Assembly: GCA_964035545.1 (NCBI GenBank)
Contig: OZ037770.1
Span: forward strand, 2,294,001-2,358,000
From: Bugula neritina
Lineage: Eukaryota > Animalia > Bryozoa
Reading direction: 5' to 3'
Length of the DNA: 64,000 nt
Shown here: one piece after another, positions 1-12,977 of the stretch
Layout of the letters: every line of letters begins with the position of its first letter
How positions within the stretch are numbered: the first letter of the stretch is position 1
Made by a program: the position numbers and the translations under genes
The notes under the pieces: model-generated
The model's input: only the letters and a program-made list of their open reading frames with translations
What the model was told of the DNA's origin: nothing
The model's database searches: none

Positions 1-151
1 AAAAACTAAATTTTGCTAATTGTAAGTAGTAAATTTCATTTTTTGGAAAAACACAATAAGCCAACATTTTGCCCATTGTGTTAAAACAATTGAACAATAC
101 ATAGAAAGTAAGGCAAAGATTTTTGCTACAGTAAAAAAATTCTTTTTCTAG

Positions 152-3100
152 GTATCACACAAGAACTCCAGCACAGAAGATTACAAGAAAAAAATTACAC
201 AGCTAGAGAAAGAGGTAATATGATGTTGATACTGAAAACTAAAATAGCAACGCTACAACGGGGTTCCTGCGACACTTGAATATACCGCAAATATTATTGT
301 AATAATATTATTTAACACAATTTAATATAGTGCAGATTTCTTTTTTCTTTCCACTTAGTTATAGTATGTATGTACATGTTTGACATACTATATCTAGGAA
401 GAGAGAAATGAAAACAGGTTTTTAGCAGAGTATTTTGAGAGTTATCTTAATATAGCAATTCGATGATTTTTTCAGTTAGAGAGACAGAGTTTAGAAGCAA
501 AGCACAAAGGAGAGCGACTATTCATTTTAGAAGCAGAGGTAAAAGCTTTGACCTCTTTGTAGACAGCAGAGTCTGCTAGTTGTTCATTAATAATATTATT
601 ATTATGTCTACAGTTGGGAGCTAATTGACTCCATAATTACATTAGCTCCCAACTGTTTGCAAATGGCATTCTGGTTCATATTCAATTGTTTGCTTAGTTA
701 TGATGTCAGTTATTAAACCTGTGTAGTGCATATATACTCATCATACTACAGTGTCACAAATATACACAACACATTTGTGTTTTTAGATAAAGCACAAGAA
801 TCCTGAACTGGCAGCTAGAGAAGAAACGATTTTAGAGCTAGAAGAAAAAGTAATATAATTTTGATAATAATAGTTTTTAATATTCATTTAATGTTTAATA
901 CTTTCTATTACATTAGGTACAGGGTGTTTAATACTCTCTATTACATTAGGTACAGGGTGTTTAATAGTAACTGAAGTTAACTGAGATTTTCAAATGTTAG
1001 CATATCCATGGGTCTATGGGTTCACGACAAATATGCTTACTACTGTGCAAAAAATATTAATTACAAAGTAGTGCAATTAGTATATACAATAATACATTAC
1101 ATGAATATTTAGTTATTTAATATAAAAATTGTTATAGGTTTATCTCTGAAAGCTGAAACAGTATAATACATGTAGCAAAAGCACAAAATAAAACCTGCAT
1201 GAAATAAACAGAATATAGAAATTATTTCTATATGTTTTAATCTTTGCGTATGAATGGCGTTTATATGCATATGTTATCAAAACTACTAATTGAGTAATTT
1301 ATTTAGTCAATTACTATTTTAACCTAACTTTTTCAAAGTACGATGTCCCTCAACGCGGTCTTCAGTTTTTATGGAGTTTGCATTTATTTTATGGCAAATT
1401 GACTAATCGAATACAATTTTTTTAAAAAAAAAGAAATTGTGCATAGCAAACAGTTTCCCTGCTTGAGCACAATTACCTAAATATGAGTACTTATGATAAC
1501 CAAGGTAAACAATGTTTAGTTTGAGCCTTTACATACATTGTATATAAGACGTCTATATAGTGGAATGACAACTCTTGTAATAGTAATATACTACCAGGTA
1601 TGAAATATCTTATTGCAAAAATTAGCTTTTGAATAAGCTGCTAATAATTTTATGAGTGACTTTGAAAGTAAGCAAGTTGGTAGAATAAAAAAATGACAGA
1701 TAAAAACTAAAGGTTTGATAATATGCATTCTTATTTGTAGATAAAAGAAGTTACCACCGAGTTTGAGAGTGTAAAGAGGGACTACTCAGTTGTAAAAATT
1801 CAGGTAATGTTATTTAAAACAATATGTAAATGCTATTCATTCAATTACATTCAGGTACATTAATTCTAGCATATTTTATTGTCTAATTCCTCTATGCCAG
1901 TTTCAATTAATTTGCCGTTTGGATTTAGCTTCATGCTATTGTCAGATACTCCATGTTAAAAATATAATGCAGATGGGAAGAATTTTGTTTCTGTGTAAAT
2001 TGTAGTCCTACAGGTTTAAAGTAATGTACCCTCAGCATCAAAATTTTATTTTGATTCAGCTAATTCCAGTTTTTATTTCATTTAATGTTTTATATTTCTT
2101 TAACAGTCAAAAGGTTTTCTCATTTTTGCTGAAAATTAATAAAGAATTTGCAAGTAACATAAATCAATAAATCAATAAATTTCTCCATTACGTTTGCATT
2201 TTACTAGATCAAGCAGTCCTTACATTATACACTTTTAGGTATGGTACAGAACTTAGTTAATGATTTATGTTTTAATTACATTGTTAGCCTGATACCTACG
2301 CAGTTGGATGAAAATAACAAATAATGTTTTTATAAAATAGGAAATTGTTAATTCAAATGAAAACCTATGTATTTTAGACGGATTATAAAGATGCAGAGAT
2401 AACTAGAATGAAATCAGAGGTATGATTGTTTCTTCACACATCTAGTAGTTTTTATCGGTTTATCAAATGCTTTATTTAACACTGACTGTAACTGACAACA
2501 TTGATAAAGCAACATAATTAAATGAATAACTGCATACTGACAGCATGCCATTGTATTGCAAAAATAATTCAGCAAGGATACTGTGAAGTGAGATTAAATA
2601 TAACAAGAGCTTGGCCTAATATAATGAATGCAAATACCCATAAATATTCTAAAACAATCAAACTGTAATGATATCTATTTTGTCTGGCTAAATTTGACGA
2701 TTATCATATAATATACTAGTTATTGTTAGCTTTTATAGCTCGCACAAGTTTCAAGGCTATAATATAATAATTTCACAAAACTAGCTAAAATTTCCGTTGC
2801 TGCAGCCAATTAATTAATATTAATAATAATTCAAACTATTACATGCAAAATATTTAGCTCATATCTAATAGGTAGTTACAGTTGAACAACTTGTTTTTTT
2901 GAAAAGAGTGCCATTGTCAGCCGTAAATCTAAAACATTGAAAGAAGCATGAAAAACTTTATAATATATGAATTTTAAATGATTGATAAACAAAATATACC
3001 AGAAAAAAAAGACAAATATTGTTGAAATACGGAGAGGGAAATAAATACAATACTGAACCGAAATAGTGTAAGTTTAGATTGAACTCAAACAATTACGTAT

Positions 3101-5465
3101 ATCGGCATCAATGTGTGATTCCTCAAGCTAGCCAACATGTTTTTCTAAAGTTTAGTATTTGTTATGCTATAGCAACAACACTTTTTTAAGTACTAATATA
3201 ACAGTAATCCACTTTTTCTGTTACCATTGTTTCTACATAGATTTGTTAGCAGTTTAAATTATAACACTTTATCTGCTCTTTGTCAATAATAAAGGTGATG
3301 CAGTGCACAGGTTGAAAAATATGGTGATGCATATGCATAACCAACATGTAATTTTTCAGATCGAACAAAAGAATTATGAAATGGCAACAAAAGAAGAAAA
3401 ACTTGAAAAGCTAGCGGAAAAGGTAATATACATATATAGATATTTACACAAACATATACACACATGCATGCACACACAGACACACACTCTTGCTTTTCCT
3501 ACTCTGTTCCATAGCTATTTATTTATTTTTTTCGTACATGGGAAACAGTGCATCTTATAGTTAGGTGAAGTTTGAGGCAATGACAGATGATTCTTGATTT
3601 ATTAGACAACATCAGGTTTAGGTGGAGGGTGAATGAGTTTGATTGGCTGTTACATGTATTCTGTCTTTTTAATGTTGATTTTGAAGCTAATCTGAGGCAT
3701 GCACCGCTTTTGTAAAATTCTTTACTGGCACTTGCATATCTGCAGCGTCATGTGCCACTAAAGGTATTGTTGTTTACAAACAACATCTCTCTGACTAGCT
3801 GTTTGGTAAAGCGAGTATTGGACTTGAACGGATCACATCAAACGGACCAGCTGCATGTCATATTTGAACATAATTCTCTTCATTTACATCCTTAAATGCC
3901 ACTTCAAGCATAGCAATCAGGTATAATGGAAATACACATGCCTGCTTGACAACATTGGTTACTGAAAACTCACTTGAAACTTTTCTACCTTGAACTACCT
4001 TGGGCCTGCGTAGCTGCAGAAAGAATTTTAATAAAGTTGGTGACTTTCTCAGTTAAACCAAACTTCTTTAGTACAGTCTAGAAATCGTTTCTTGATACTG
4101 TATGGAAGGTTTTTGTAAAGTCTATAAATACTGCATATAGCTCCATGTTCTGTTTAGCACATTTCTCTTGAGTTTAGTACAAGCTAATTATCATATCAAT
4201 AGTGTTCTTGTTGTTCCGAGAACCACACTGTGTCTCTGTAAATATTCCTAAAGTTATTTCATATATTGATTCTGTTGAGGATGATACAGGCTAAAATCTT
4301 TGGTCAAGCATTTGAGCGGTTCCCCTGTTCTGTGACCCATACACTTCTTCAAGGCCATTGTAAAATGCAATTTGGCCGATTTGAAATTTCTTTGAGACGT
4401 ATTGAATTGTAAAAGCAACTCTTAAAATTTTTTTGTATTGTGATGACTTGATCAGCCAATGTCAGTATGATACTCATAAGAAGTAATAACTCCTTGTAGA
4501 CATTTTTATTTAGTTATGAATTTGGCGATTAAATGACAGACTTATATGTTAATAATTATATCGTCTACGTCTTCTCAATTATTGCTTTTATGCTGTCAAC
4601 TTCACTAAGTCACAACATTGTCAAAGTGAATCAAATAGGGCTGAGATGAATCAGATTTGACCTTTTAAAAGTAAGCTTCCGCACCGATTTGATTTCAACA
4701 AGTTTCAGTTTGACTATAAAAGGGTAACTGGGCAATTAAGCGTCTGTAACTGAAACTCGGAACTTTTTTCAACAGAGTTATAAACGCAACTTGACACAGC
4801 CTAATTTTGCAGTTTTTCCATATTCAGTTTGCATGCTGAGTTGTCTCTTGTCTTGCTTCGTCCTTTCCTCAATGCAAATGCTAGCTTGAACGTAATCATG
4901 ATATGGTCAGTTGGGCAATCAGCACCTCTCATTGCTCTGGTATCTAGCACATCATTCTGGTCTTTTCGTCTTGTAATCACATAAACCAGAAAGTGACAAT
5001 GCTGAGAACGAGGGTGGCTCCAGGTAACTTAATGATGCTGCCCATACTTGTATGCTGTGTTATTGATAACATACTAGTATTCAAAACAAAATTCCGGTAG
5101 CAGCTCTTCATTTGCATACATTCTCCAATTTTTCGATTACCAATTTTGAAATTGACCCCACACTCTAGCATTAAAGTCACCAGCTAAAATCAGTTTGTCC
5201 GAGGTGGATATATCATTCTTCCCTGTTACCATTATTTTTACATACATGTACGTTAGCAGATCAAATTATAATTATGTACTGTTTTAGGTCGAACAAAAGA
5301 TTGTTGAAATGGCAACTAAAGATAGAAAACTCGAAAAACTGGAAGAAACGGTAACATACATGCATTTATACATGTTTACCTATACATATAATTATATCCA
5401 CACGCATACACTCGCACACACACGCACACACGTGCACGCGCACACACGCGCGTGTGTGCGCGTGC

Positions 5466-5502
<37 letters not shown>

Positions 5503-5865
5503 CATTATGTCTACATAGATTTATTAGCAGTTTATTTGCTAATAAATATATTTACTTGCTCTATGCTATTAAGAAAAGGCAGTGCACAGGTTGAAAATAT
5601 GATGATGATGCATAATCCACGTGTAATTTTTTAGATCAAACAAAAAACTTCTGAAATGATAACTAAAGATAGAAAACTTGAACAACTAGAGAAAACGGTA
5701 ATATGCATATATTCATGTTTAGACACACATATATGTCTTTGCATAGTATAACATATATAAATATATACATGTATATAGTATGGTATATAGTATGGTATAT
5801 AGTATGGTATATAGTATGGTATATAGTATGGTATATAGTATGGTATATAGTATGGTATATAGTAT

Positions 5866-5950
<85 letters not shown>

Positions 5951-6503
5951 TTTCATAGTATATTATATCTAAGAAAGGAATATATATAAAAGCCTCTTAT
6001 AGCTGTATGTCGTTTCTTTATTATATTTAGTTAGAATTGTTCCCCCTGTTTATAGATAAGTATCACAATTATTTTAGGCACACGCTAGCGTGCTATAATG
6101 GCCGTAAACTGTTCAATAACAAAGTACCAGATATGAAAAAATATGTATTTAAAAGTTAGTCTTAAAATTACAACTTCTACATTTAATTCTCAGTCTGTTG
6201 TTACCGCTTCATGGTTTTAGTCAACCTACATTAGATTTGATCTATGTTTGCTTTTATTGGCAGTATTGAATTAAATACATAGTTGTTTCAAATCTATGCA
6301 TTCTTCAAAGTTTTCAAAAGTTATGCAATGTAATCTTATATATTTTATAGGTGGATAAAAACACTTTTCAACTTTCAACGCTCAAGATAGCTGCAGCAGC
6401 ATTCAGAAAAGAACATGGGGGCGCTGGAATATTTGGAGGCCGCTCGGCAATAGCCGAGAAATATTTTTCTAAATTTGATGAGATTTTCAATAATTTAAAA
6501 TAG
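152..6503 (+). CDS. 3' part of a multi-exon coiled-coil protein gene (locus A); probable atlastin/GBP-like GTPase paralog; 5' exons lie before the window
   Basis: AG/GT-bounded phase-0 exons: 152-214 (VSHKNSSTEDYKKKITQLEKE), 476-538 (LERQSLEAKHKGERLFILEAE), 787-849 (IKHKNPELAAREETILELEEK), 1741-1803 (IKEVTTEFESVKRDYSVVKIQ), 2378-2419 (TDYKDAEITRMKSE), 3360-3422 (IEQKNYEMATKEEKLEKLAEK), 5288-5350 (VEQKIVEMATKDRKLEKLEET), 5635-5697 (IKQKTSEMITKDRKLEQLEKT), terminal 6351-6503 (VDKNTFQLSTLK...KYFSKFDEIFNNLK*). The joined frame is open. The family link is indirect: the terminal exon is homologous to those of loci C and D. Confidence 0.85.
893..966. repeat. 33-bp tandem duplication in intron
   Basis: tgtttaatact(t/c)tctattacattaggtacaggg x2 plus a partial copy. 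Confidence 0.8.
3560..5190 (-). mobile_element. Decayed RTE-clade LINE fragment (endonuclease C-terminus plus RT N-terminus), interrupted by a MITE
   Basis: Minus strand reads, with stops and frameshifts, HPRSQH..YVITRRKDQNDVLDTRAMRGADCPTDH (end of APE domain, ~4890-5020), ETQCG..R..TIDMI...QEKC.KQNMELYAVFIDFTK.F.TVSR (RT start, ~4080-4240) and KINIKKTEYM (~3660-3685). Boundaries approximate. Confidence 0.8.
4368..4791 (+). mobile_element. 5'-truncated copy of the ~450-bp MITE family also at 28496 and 62476
   Basis: Aligns by eye to 28540-28942 and ends in TATAAACGCAACT. Confidence 0.8.
5776..5947. repeat. (TAGTATGGTATA)n 12-mer array followed by (TA)n
   Basis: About 7.5 copies of the 12-mer, then ~80 bp of TA. 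Confidence 0.95.
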
Positions 6504-7309
6504 TGACTTATAAGGCCCTCCTTCCGCTGTAAAGAATTAAAGCGAAGTTGTATTTCCTGAGAAGAACTCAAAAACATTTCACTTGCACTGATTGTATTAA
6601 TGATTAATTTTTATAAATTGTAACGTTTTAAGCGAAGAGCCCTTTTTTATCATAGCACTTTAGCTAATGTCAATTCTTGAATTATTGTAATTAAAGCAAT
6701 TTCCTTTTATTACTTTAACTTTAGTTTTTCTGTATTTTTATTACTTTGCTTATAAGTTGAATTAGTTTCTTTTTTGTAATAATTATTAGTATGCTTTAAA
6801 TCATTAGTAGAATTTCAATAATTATAAAATATTGATTTTTACATCATTATCAATAGATCATTGTTCAAAAACAATCTATGTATTCAAGTGGTCCACAAAT
6901 TAAACTTTGAACAATACTGATACTAGTGATTACATAACTCACAAGCAAAAGAACTTTCATTTATACACCAGGATGCAGTATTAATTTCCTACAGTAAAAA
7001 GTTTGTACAAATGTATTGCATTAATTGTGTATTTAGTTCTATATGTGCATAAATAATTGTAACATTATGAGAGGTTTAGGAACAGAAAAAGATCAAAACA
7101 CAAATACAATTTTATTTGTATCACAAATTGTGATGAGTGCATGTAATATTTGGCAGTTTAAAGTCTAAACTAATAAATTAGGGATCAGTAAACATCATAA
7201 TAACTGTTTTGTAATAGTTATTTTTATTTCTTAGCTTTTATACATTTCTTCACAAAGTGTACAAAGAGTTCTAAACTTTTCAATCATTTTTTTTCAACAA
7301 TTGAAAAGA

Positions 7310-7532
7310 AAGCTCATGCAACTTTATAGTCAACATTCCTTTGCATGAAAAAATATCAGATGGAAAGGGGGGTTCTGTTAAATTGGGCTAAGGACCTATT
7401 AAGATGAGGCACAAGAGCAATTATATGACTGGATGCTCTTTCTAACATCGCCAATGAGCCTTGTCAGGGGTCAAACCCATTACCTTGTGCTTATCCTAGG
7501 CAATCTCTCAAACCCCTAGACCTCTGCTGCTC
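7310..7532 (-). mobile_element. tRNA-derived SINE copy (family of 12671)
   Basis: Reverse complement aligns to 12671-12890, including the GTTAG(A/G)AAGAGCATCCAGTC core and the A/B-box head. Confidence 0.8.
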
Positions 7533-9008
7533 CCTGTTCCATACAACAATTGTTTATTGTATAACACCCTCTTCCCTTTCAAGCTATTGAAGGCTTTTTA
7601 TCAAATATATTATTGTTGTTTTTTATCATTAGTTTAAAATTCCTAAACCAAATATACATACCTGCGAGCACAAACACTAGATTATATAAAATAAACGCTG
7701 TTGTTGAAACTGCACGGATGTGTCGTAGAAAATGCAGTTCAGACTCCAAAAATGTCCACTTGTTATATAGTCCCAGATTAATCAAAACAAGCAAGAGCAT
7801 AATATATAACAGAATAAATCTAGTACCTTCACTTCTCCAGTAACTGAGTGACAGATAATCAAATGTAATATAAAAGGTGCACATTTATAGTGGAAATCAG
7901 GCATTCACATGCCGGCTTACATAGCCTGGAGAGGCTACATGACACATCATCAAAATTACCTCACACCGCTACCAATATAGACTCTCAACTATGCACCTGG
8001 ACAATCATATTCACTACTTAAATAAAAATCATCATTGTTTTGTAACAGGCAACGCACTAATATAGAAAGGGTTAAGCAGATATATAAAGTAGACTATGAG
8101 CCGTCGCCTAGTTGTTGGACAGTGGTACTAGCTTAGTATAGATTAGGTTACTAATTAGCTCTTTTATTTATGTCACCCTTTTTGTGATGTAAGTTATATT
8201 TGAAAAGATTATTAGAATCAATAAATATTATATTATACTTTCAATTAAAAGTGTATTATTACCTCTCAACTCTTCTCTAACTCTCTCATGCACAAAGAGT
8301 ACATGTTCAAGCATTAGATCTCATTGCGGTACTTATCAGCTGCATAAATTCACTGCACATTTTAAGTTCGTATGTACTAATATGTTTTATATAAAAAGCC
8401 TGTAATAATAACTCACAGCTCAGACAGTAGCAATAACTGTATTGAGGAAAATTTATTAAGCTATATCTAGAAGTTCATTGGTAGATACAAATAATCCAAA
8501 TATTTGCTAACCCATGACCAATGACAACATTCACACAATGTGTTTACTCTTTAGACGAGAATGCTGATCACTAAATGGGCTGTCAACACAGTTGATTACG
8601 TGAGGGCATAGGTTAGACAAAGTAGAGCAAAAATAATCTGGCTAGATCTGTCATCAAGAGATATTTTAGACTATATATAAGCTTTCTGTAAAGAAGCTGG
8701 TTGTCAATATATCCTCAATATGTAGCGTTAGTCAAATATACAGGCTTTTCTGCAGGTTTATATACACACAAAACGCAGACAGTGCCAATATGTGTGCGTG
8801 CCTAAATATATGTATATTAAAACTGTAGTTCTTATAATTTGTTGTTTAATAATGTCTCCTTTTTGTTTGAACGGAAAAACAAGTATTTTTTCCAAAGGCA
8901 CAGCTTGAAGCATAAAAAACTAGTTTATTTTACTAAATAGATTTGCTTGTTTCAGAAACATCTGTTTGATTGATTGTGTAACGGTATTTTTAAAGTGATC
9001 TATTTTAG

Positions 9009-9560
9009 ACATTATAAAGAAGAACTGGTTAGTCTAATGGAAACTGAGCAAATGGAAAAACTAGCCAGGTATCGAGAATTTGCAGCCAGAGAAGAAATAA
9101 AGACATTAAAAGAACTGGTTGAGAAAGAAAAACAAAAAGCAGCAGAAACAGCAATAAAATTGGAAGATGCAGAGTTAGCAAAAATGAGGCTGTCAAAAAA
9201 ATTGAGAGAACTAGAAACAGCAAGCCAGGCTGAAAAGCGAAAAGCATTGGTGGCAGTAGCAGAGAAACTTGAAGCTGAAATTATACTGAGAATATCAGAG
9301 GCAAAAAACGAGCAGATTGAAAAAGAGAAGAAGGAGCTCGAAGAGATTGCTGAACAAGCGAAAAGAAAAGCAGCAGAAGCAGCAGAAAGAGAAAGAGAAA
9401 CTGCAAATAAAGTTCGTTATCAAGAGCTAAGCAGAATTACAGCAAAAAGTAGATTGGAAGAAATAGAAAGCAGATACAGTAAACTTAAAAAGGAAAAGGT
9501 TTTGCTAGAACAAAGATTAGGAACAAGGAATCATACATTTTTACAATCAGATCTGAGAAG
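9009..9560 (+). CDS. Isolated large coiled-coil exon (locus B), paralogous to exons 13002-13308 and 27597-27906; possibly a gene fragment
   Basis: Acceptor TATTTTAG ending at 9008; phase-2 start R|HYKEELVSL like paralogs R|NYEEIL and R|CYLADL; KAAEAAERERETANKVRYQEL aligns with [20 protein letters not shown] in locus D. Frame open; 3' donor uncertain; no flanking exons found. Confidence 0.6.
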
Positions 9561-9753
9561 TATATGGCAGTTAACTTTCCGTCTTATAGCTTATTTTTTT
9601 CTGCTGCTTTTGTTACTTTTTGAATTATTTAAATGTTTGTTTTAAACTTGACTCAATGAATACATGATTGAAAAGTTTTGATTATTTCAAGATCTATCGA
9701 AAAATTTCCGACTCATTTTTCACAATCTTTGATCTGCAAGTAATACGTAATAG

Positions 9754-10061
<308 letters not shown>

Positions 10062-10183
10062 CACCTAAAAGGTTGCCCTTAACTATTCTGTGCAAATATA
10101 TTTTTGGTGGGACTTTCAGGCATGTCCTTGGTTATATTGCCAACTAGTCTAGAAGATTCCACAGGTATGTGGCAAATATAATT

Positions 10184-10246
<63 letters not shown>

Positions 10247-10252
<6 letters not shown>

Positions 10253-11057
10253 CCCCGCGACAAAACCGGGAACTTGGCGGCATTTGTATAAGACCGTAAT
10301 TGAATGATGAATTTCATTTTGTCAAATTCAAAATTAAAAAGCTAATTTTAGAAAACTAACTTTTCTAGTACAAAAAAATGCAAGGATTCCAAAAAAGTAG
10401 GTTTTGCAGTACCTTGTTATCTCCTTCACCTCTAAAATTGCTATCGAAGTTTGGTAACTAAGAAGATTTATTTTTTCAAGATGGTGGCTTATGGCCGATG
10501 TTTTTGCGGAGTTGTTGCCTCTTTAGAGATTATTAGTCATTTATTTTTTAAAACTTTTTTTCAGTCATTGTAACATAAAGTTTGATGTAATATTTGTTTT
10601 TAAAACTTTTAAAAATTGTTTGGCTTGAAATTGATTCAATAAAAATAATTTGAAATTTATAGCTTAAAAACTTAAATGCTTGCATAATTACGCGATCGCA
10701 TCTGTACGCCCATAAACTTTCTTATTTCTTCGGCTATATTATTTCGCGGGTTGATTATCTAACATGGCGGGTAGTAACTTTGCTAGCAAACTTTCGTTTC
10801 ACGAAGATGATGTAGTAGGATATTTAGATGACTATGAAAGTGATATAAGCGACTCTGATGGTGTACTTCCAGCTTTAGAAGAAGGTAATGATATTGAATA
10901 TGACATAATATCAAATAACCGGTTGCTATCTTCTCAAAATGAGAAAGAGTTGCTACTCACATCAAATTCACAGTCATTGACTGAGAGTGAGAATAAGTCA
11001 ACTCAATCAATGCCTCCGGTCTTAGCTAGTGTTTGTAGAACTGATCGTATATTATAC

Positions 11058-11058
<1 letters not shown>
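10247..11058 (+). mobile_element. Probable left end of an unclassified DNA transposon with a truncated acidic ORF start (10764-11058)
   Basis: Bounded by (TA)n on both sides; begins GTGACTCCCCGCGACAAAACCGG; CpG-rich stretch at 10680-10760 precedes AACATGG and ~98 non-repetitive codons ([32 protein letters not shown]...) that run into the microsatellite. Transposon identity is inference. Confidence 0.4.
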
Positions 11059-11367
<309 letters not shown>

Positions 11368-11370
11368 TAA

Positions 11371-11417
11371 TCTGTGGACAGCAGCTGTTTCGGGATTTGT
11401 CCCCTCATCAGCACAGA
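11371..11417 (-). ncRNA. Type I hammerhead ribozyme
   Basis: Minus strand: UCUGUG-CUGAUGA-G-GGGA caaa UCCC-GAA-ACAG cug CUGU-C^CACAGA. Complete core (CUGAUGA, GAAA, GUC cleavage triplet), 6-bp stem I, 4-bp stem II, 4-bp stem III. Confidence 0.9.
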
Positions 11418-12274
11418 ACAGAGTACCATGGCCCACACCTTCGCAATAGTAAAACTTATAGTTTTACTAAAGCATATTTAAAAGGTGTGTAAACTCAAGC
11501 CAGAGTGCTCAAGTGACTCTATGGGTCACCTAGGAGTCACGAGCATTGCAAAATGCTAGCAGCTTGAGTTTGTGACCATGGTGAGAGTGCTCAATCATTT
11601 AATGTCATTGCTGAGCATTAAATGAGAGCGTAATATCTCAATTTAATTGTATATTTCAATGTTGCTTACGTTAAAAACAATACAGTAAATACTGTGTATT
11701 AGTCAGACATTATTCTGATTATGCTATTTTACTTATTGCTATAAGTAAAGTGATTTTACTAGAATATGGAAAACTTGAATCTTTGATAATGTATAATTTG
11801 ATAATTAATGATTTGCATGAGTACTATAAATACAACCATTAGCCTTACCACAATTATTTGGTTTAAAAGCATTTAGCTGACTTAGCAAGTTTATTTGGAG
11901 GCATTTAACTCAAGCTTTATGTTCAATTACATATTCAGTTCTGTACTACTATCAGCGTAAATCTCTATTTATTTATTGATTACCCTCAATTGTCAAAACT
12001 TTAAGAAAACAAAAAATTAAAAAGATCACATTATATTACATCAGTAAACTATACATTACAAAGTGTTACTTAATTTAAAAAGAAAAAACACTAACTAAAT
12101 ATGCTATATTAGGTCATATTACTGGAAGATGTGCAATTCAAAATTGAGCAAAATAATAAAATTAAAAGAAATAGGAAACCAAATTCATTTATTAAAGAGT
12201 CTTCTGATTTTATCACCAAACTGAACACTATACGTTTGACATTTGATATTATATATATCCACTCTGTGTAAGTG

Positions 12275-12635
12275 CTAATTAGCTAAAGCATGTTCTATTA
12301 AGTTCTTTATGTTCTTTTGACATATTGTTTTATATTTTTGCCAAGAAGTATAGTCATAATCGATTATAAAGCTTTTTTTTTGCATCATTGAGTCTGGAGA
12401 GCCTCTCATTATAAGTGTATTATTTTCCACTTCAGCAACTATCATCTAAAACATGAAATTTAACAAAATGCTTCAACATGTACATATAGCTATATTGCAA
12501 TTTTTTTATTTGAATTTTAATAGTGTAGTTTTATTTAATTAAACTTATAGAACTATACAATCCAATAAGCAACGCAACAATCTCAAGTAAAAGAAGGATT
12601 GAAGTCTTATATTAAAGTAAAAAAATTCTATTTGA

Positions 12636-12673
<38 letters not shown>

Positions 12674-12897
12674 GTCTACGGGTTAGGGGTTAGGGGTCTA
12701 GGGGTTAGAGCGTTCGCTTTGTGAACACGAAGTCGTGGGTTCAAACCCCGACAAAGACCATTGGTGATGTTAGGAAGAGCATCCAGTCGTAATTGCTCCT
12801 GTGCCTCATTTGAACAAGTCCTTAGCCCGTTCTAACAAAAACCCTTTCTATCAGGGGTTTTCTCACAGGGATAGCGACTTAATACTTGCGTGAGTGA

Positions 12898-12977
<80 letters not shown>

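Noticed and set aside
12678-12708. TTAGGGG repeats resembling telomeric DNA
   Set aside because: Only 2-3 units, explained by slippage in the SINE A-box region
12671-12755. Possible tRNA gene
   Set aside because: A and B boxes run into a repeated SINE body; no acceptor stem or terminator
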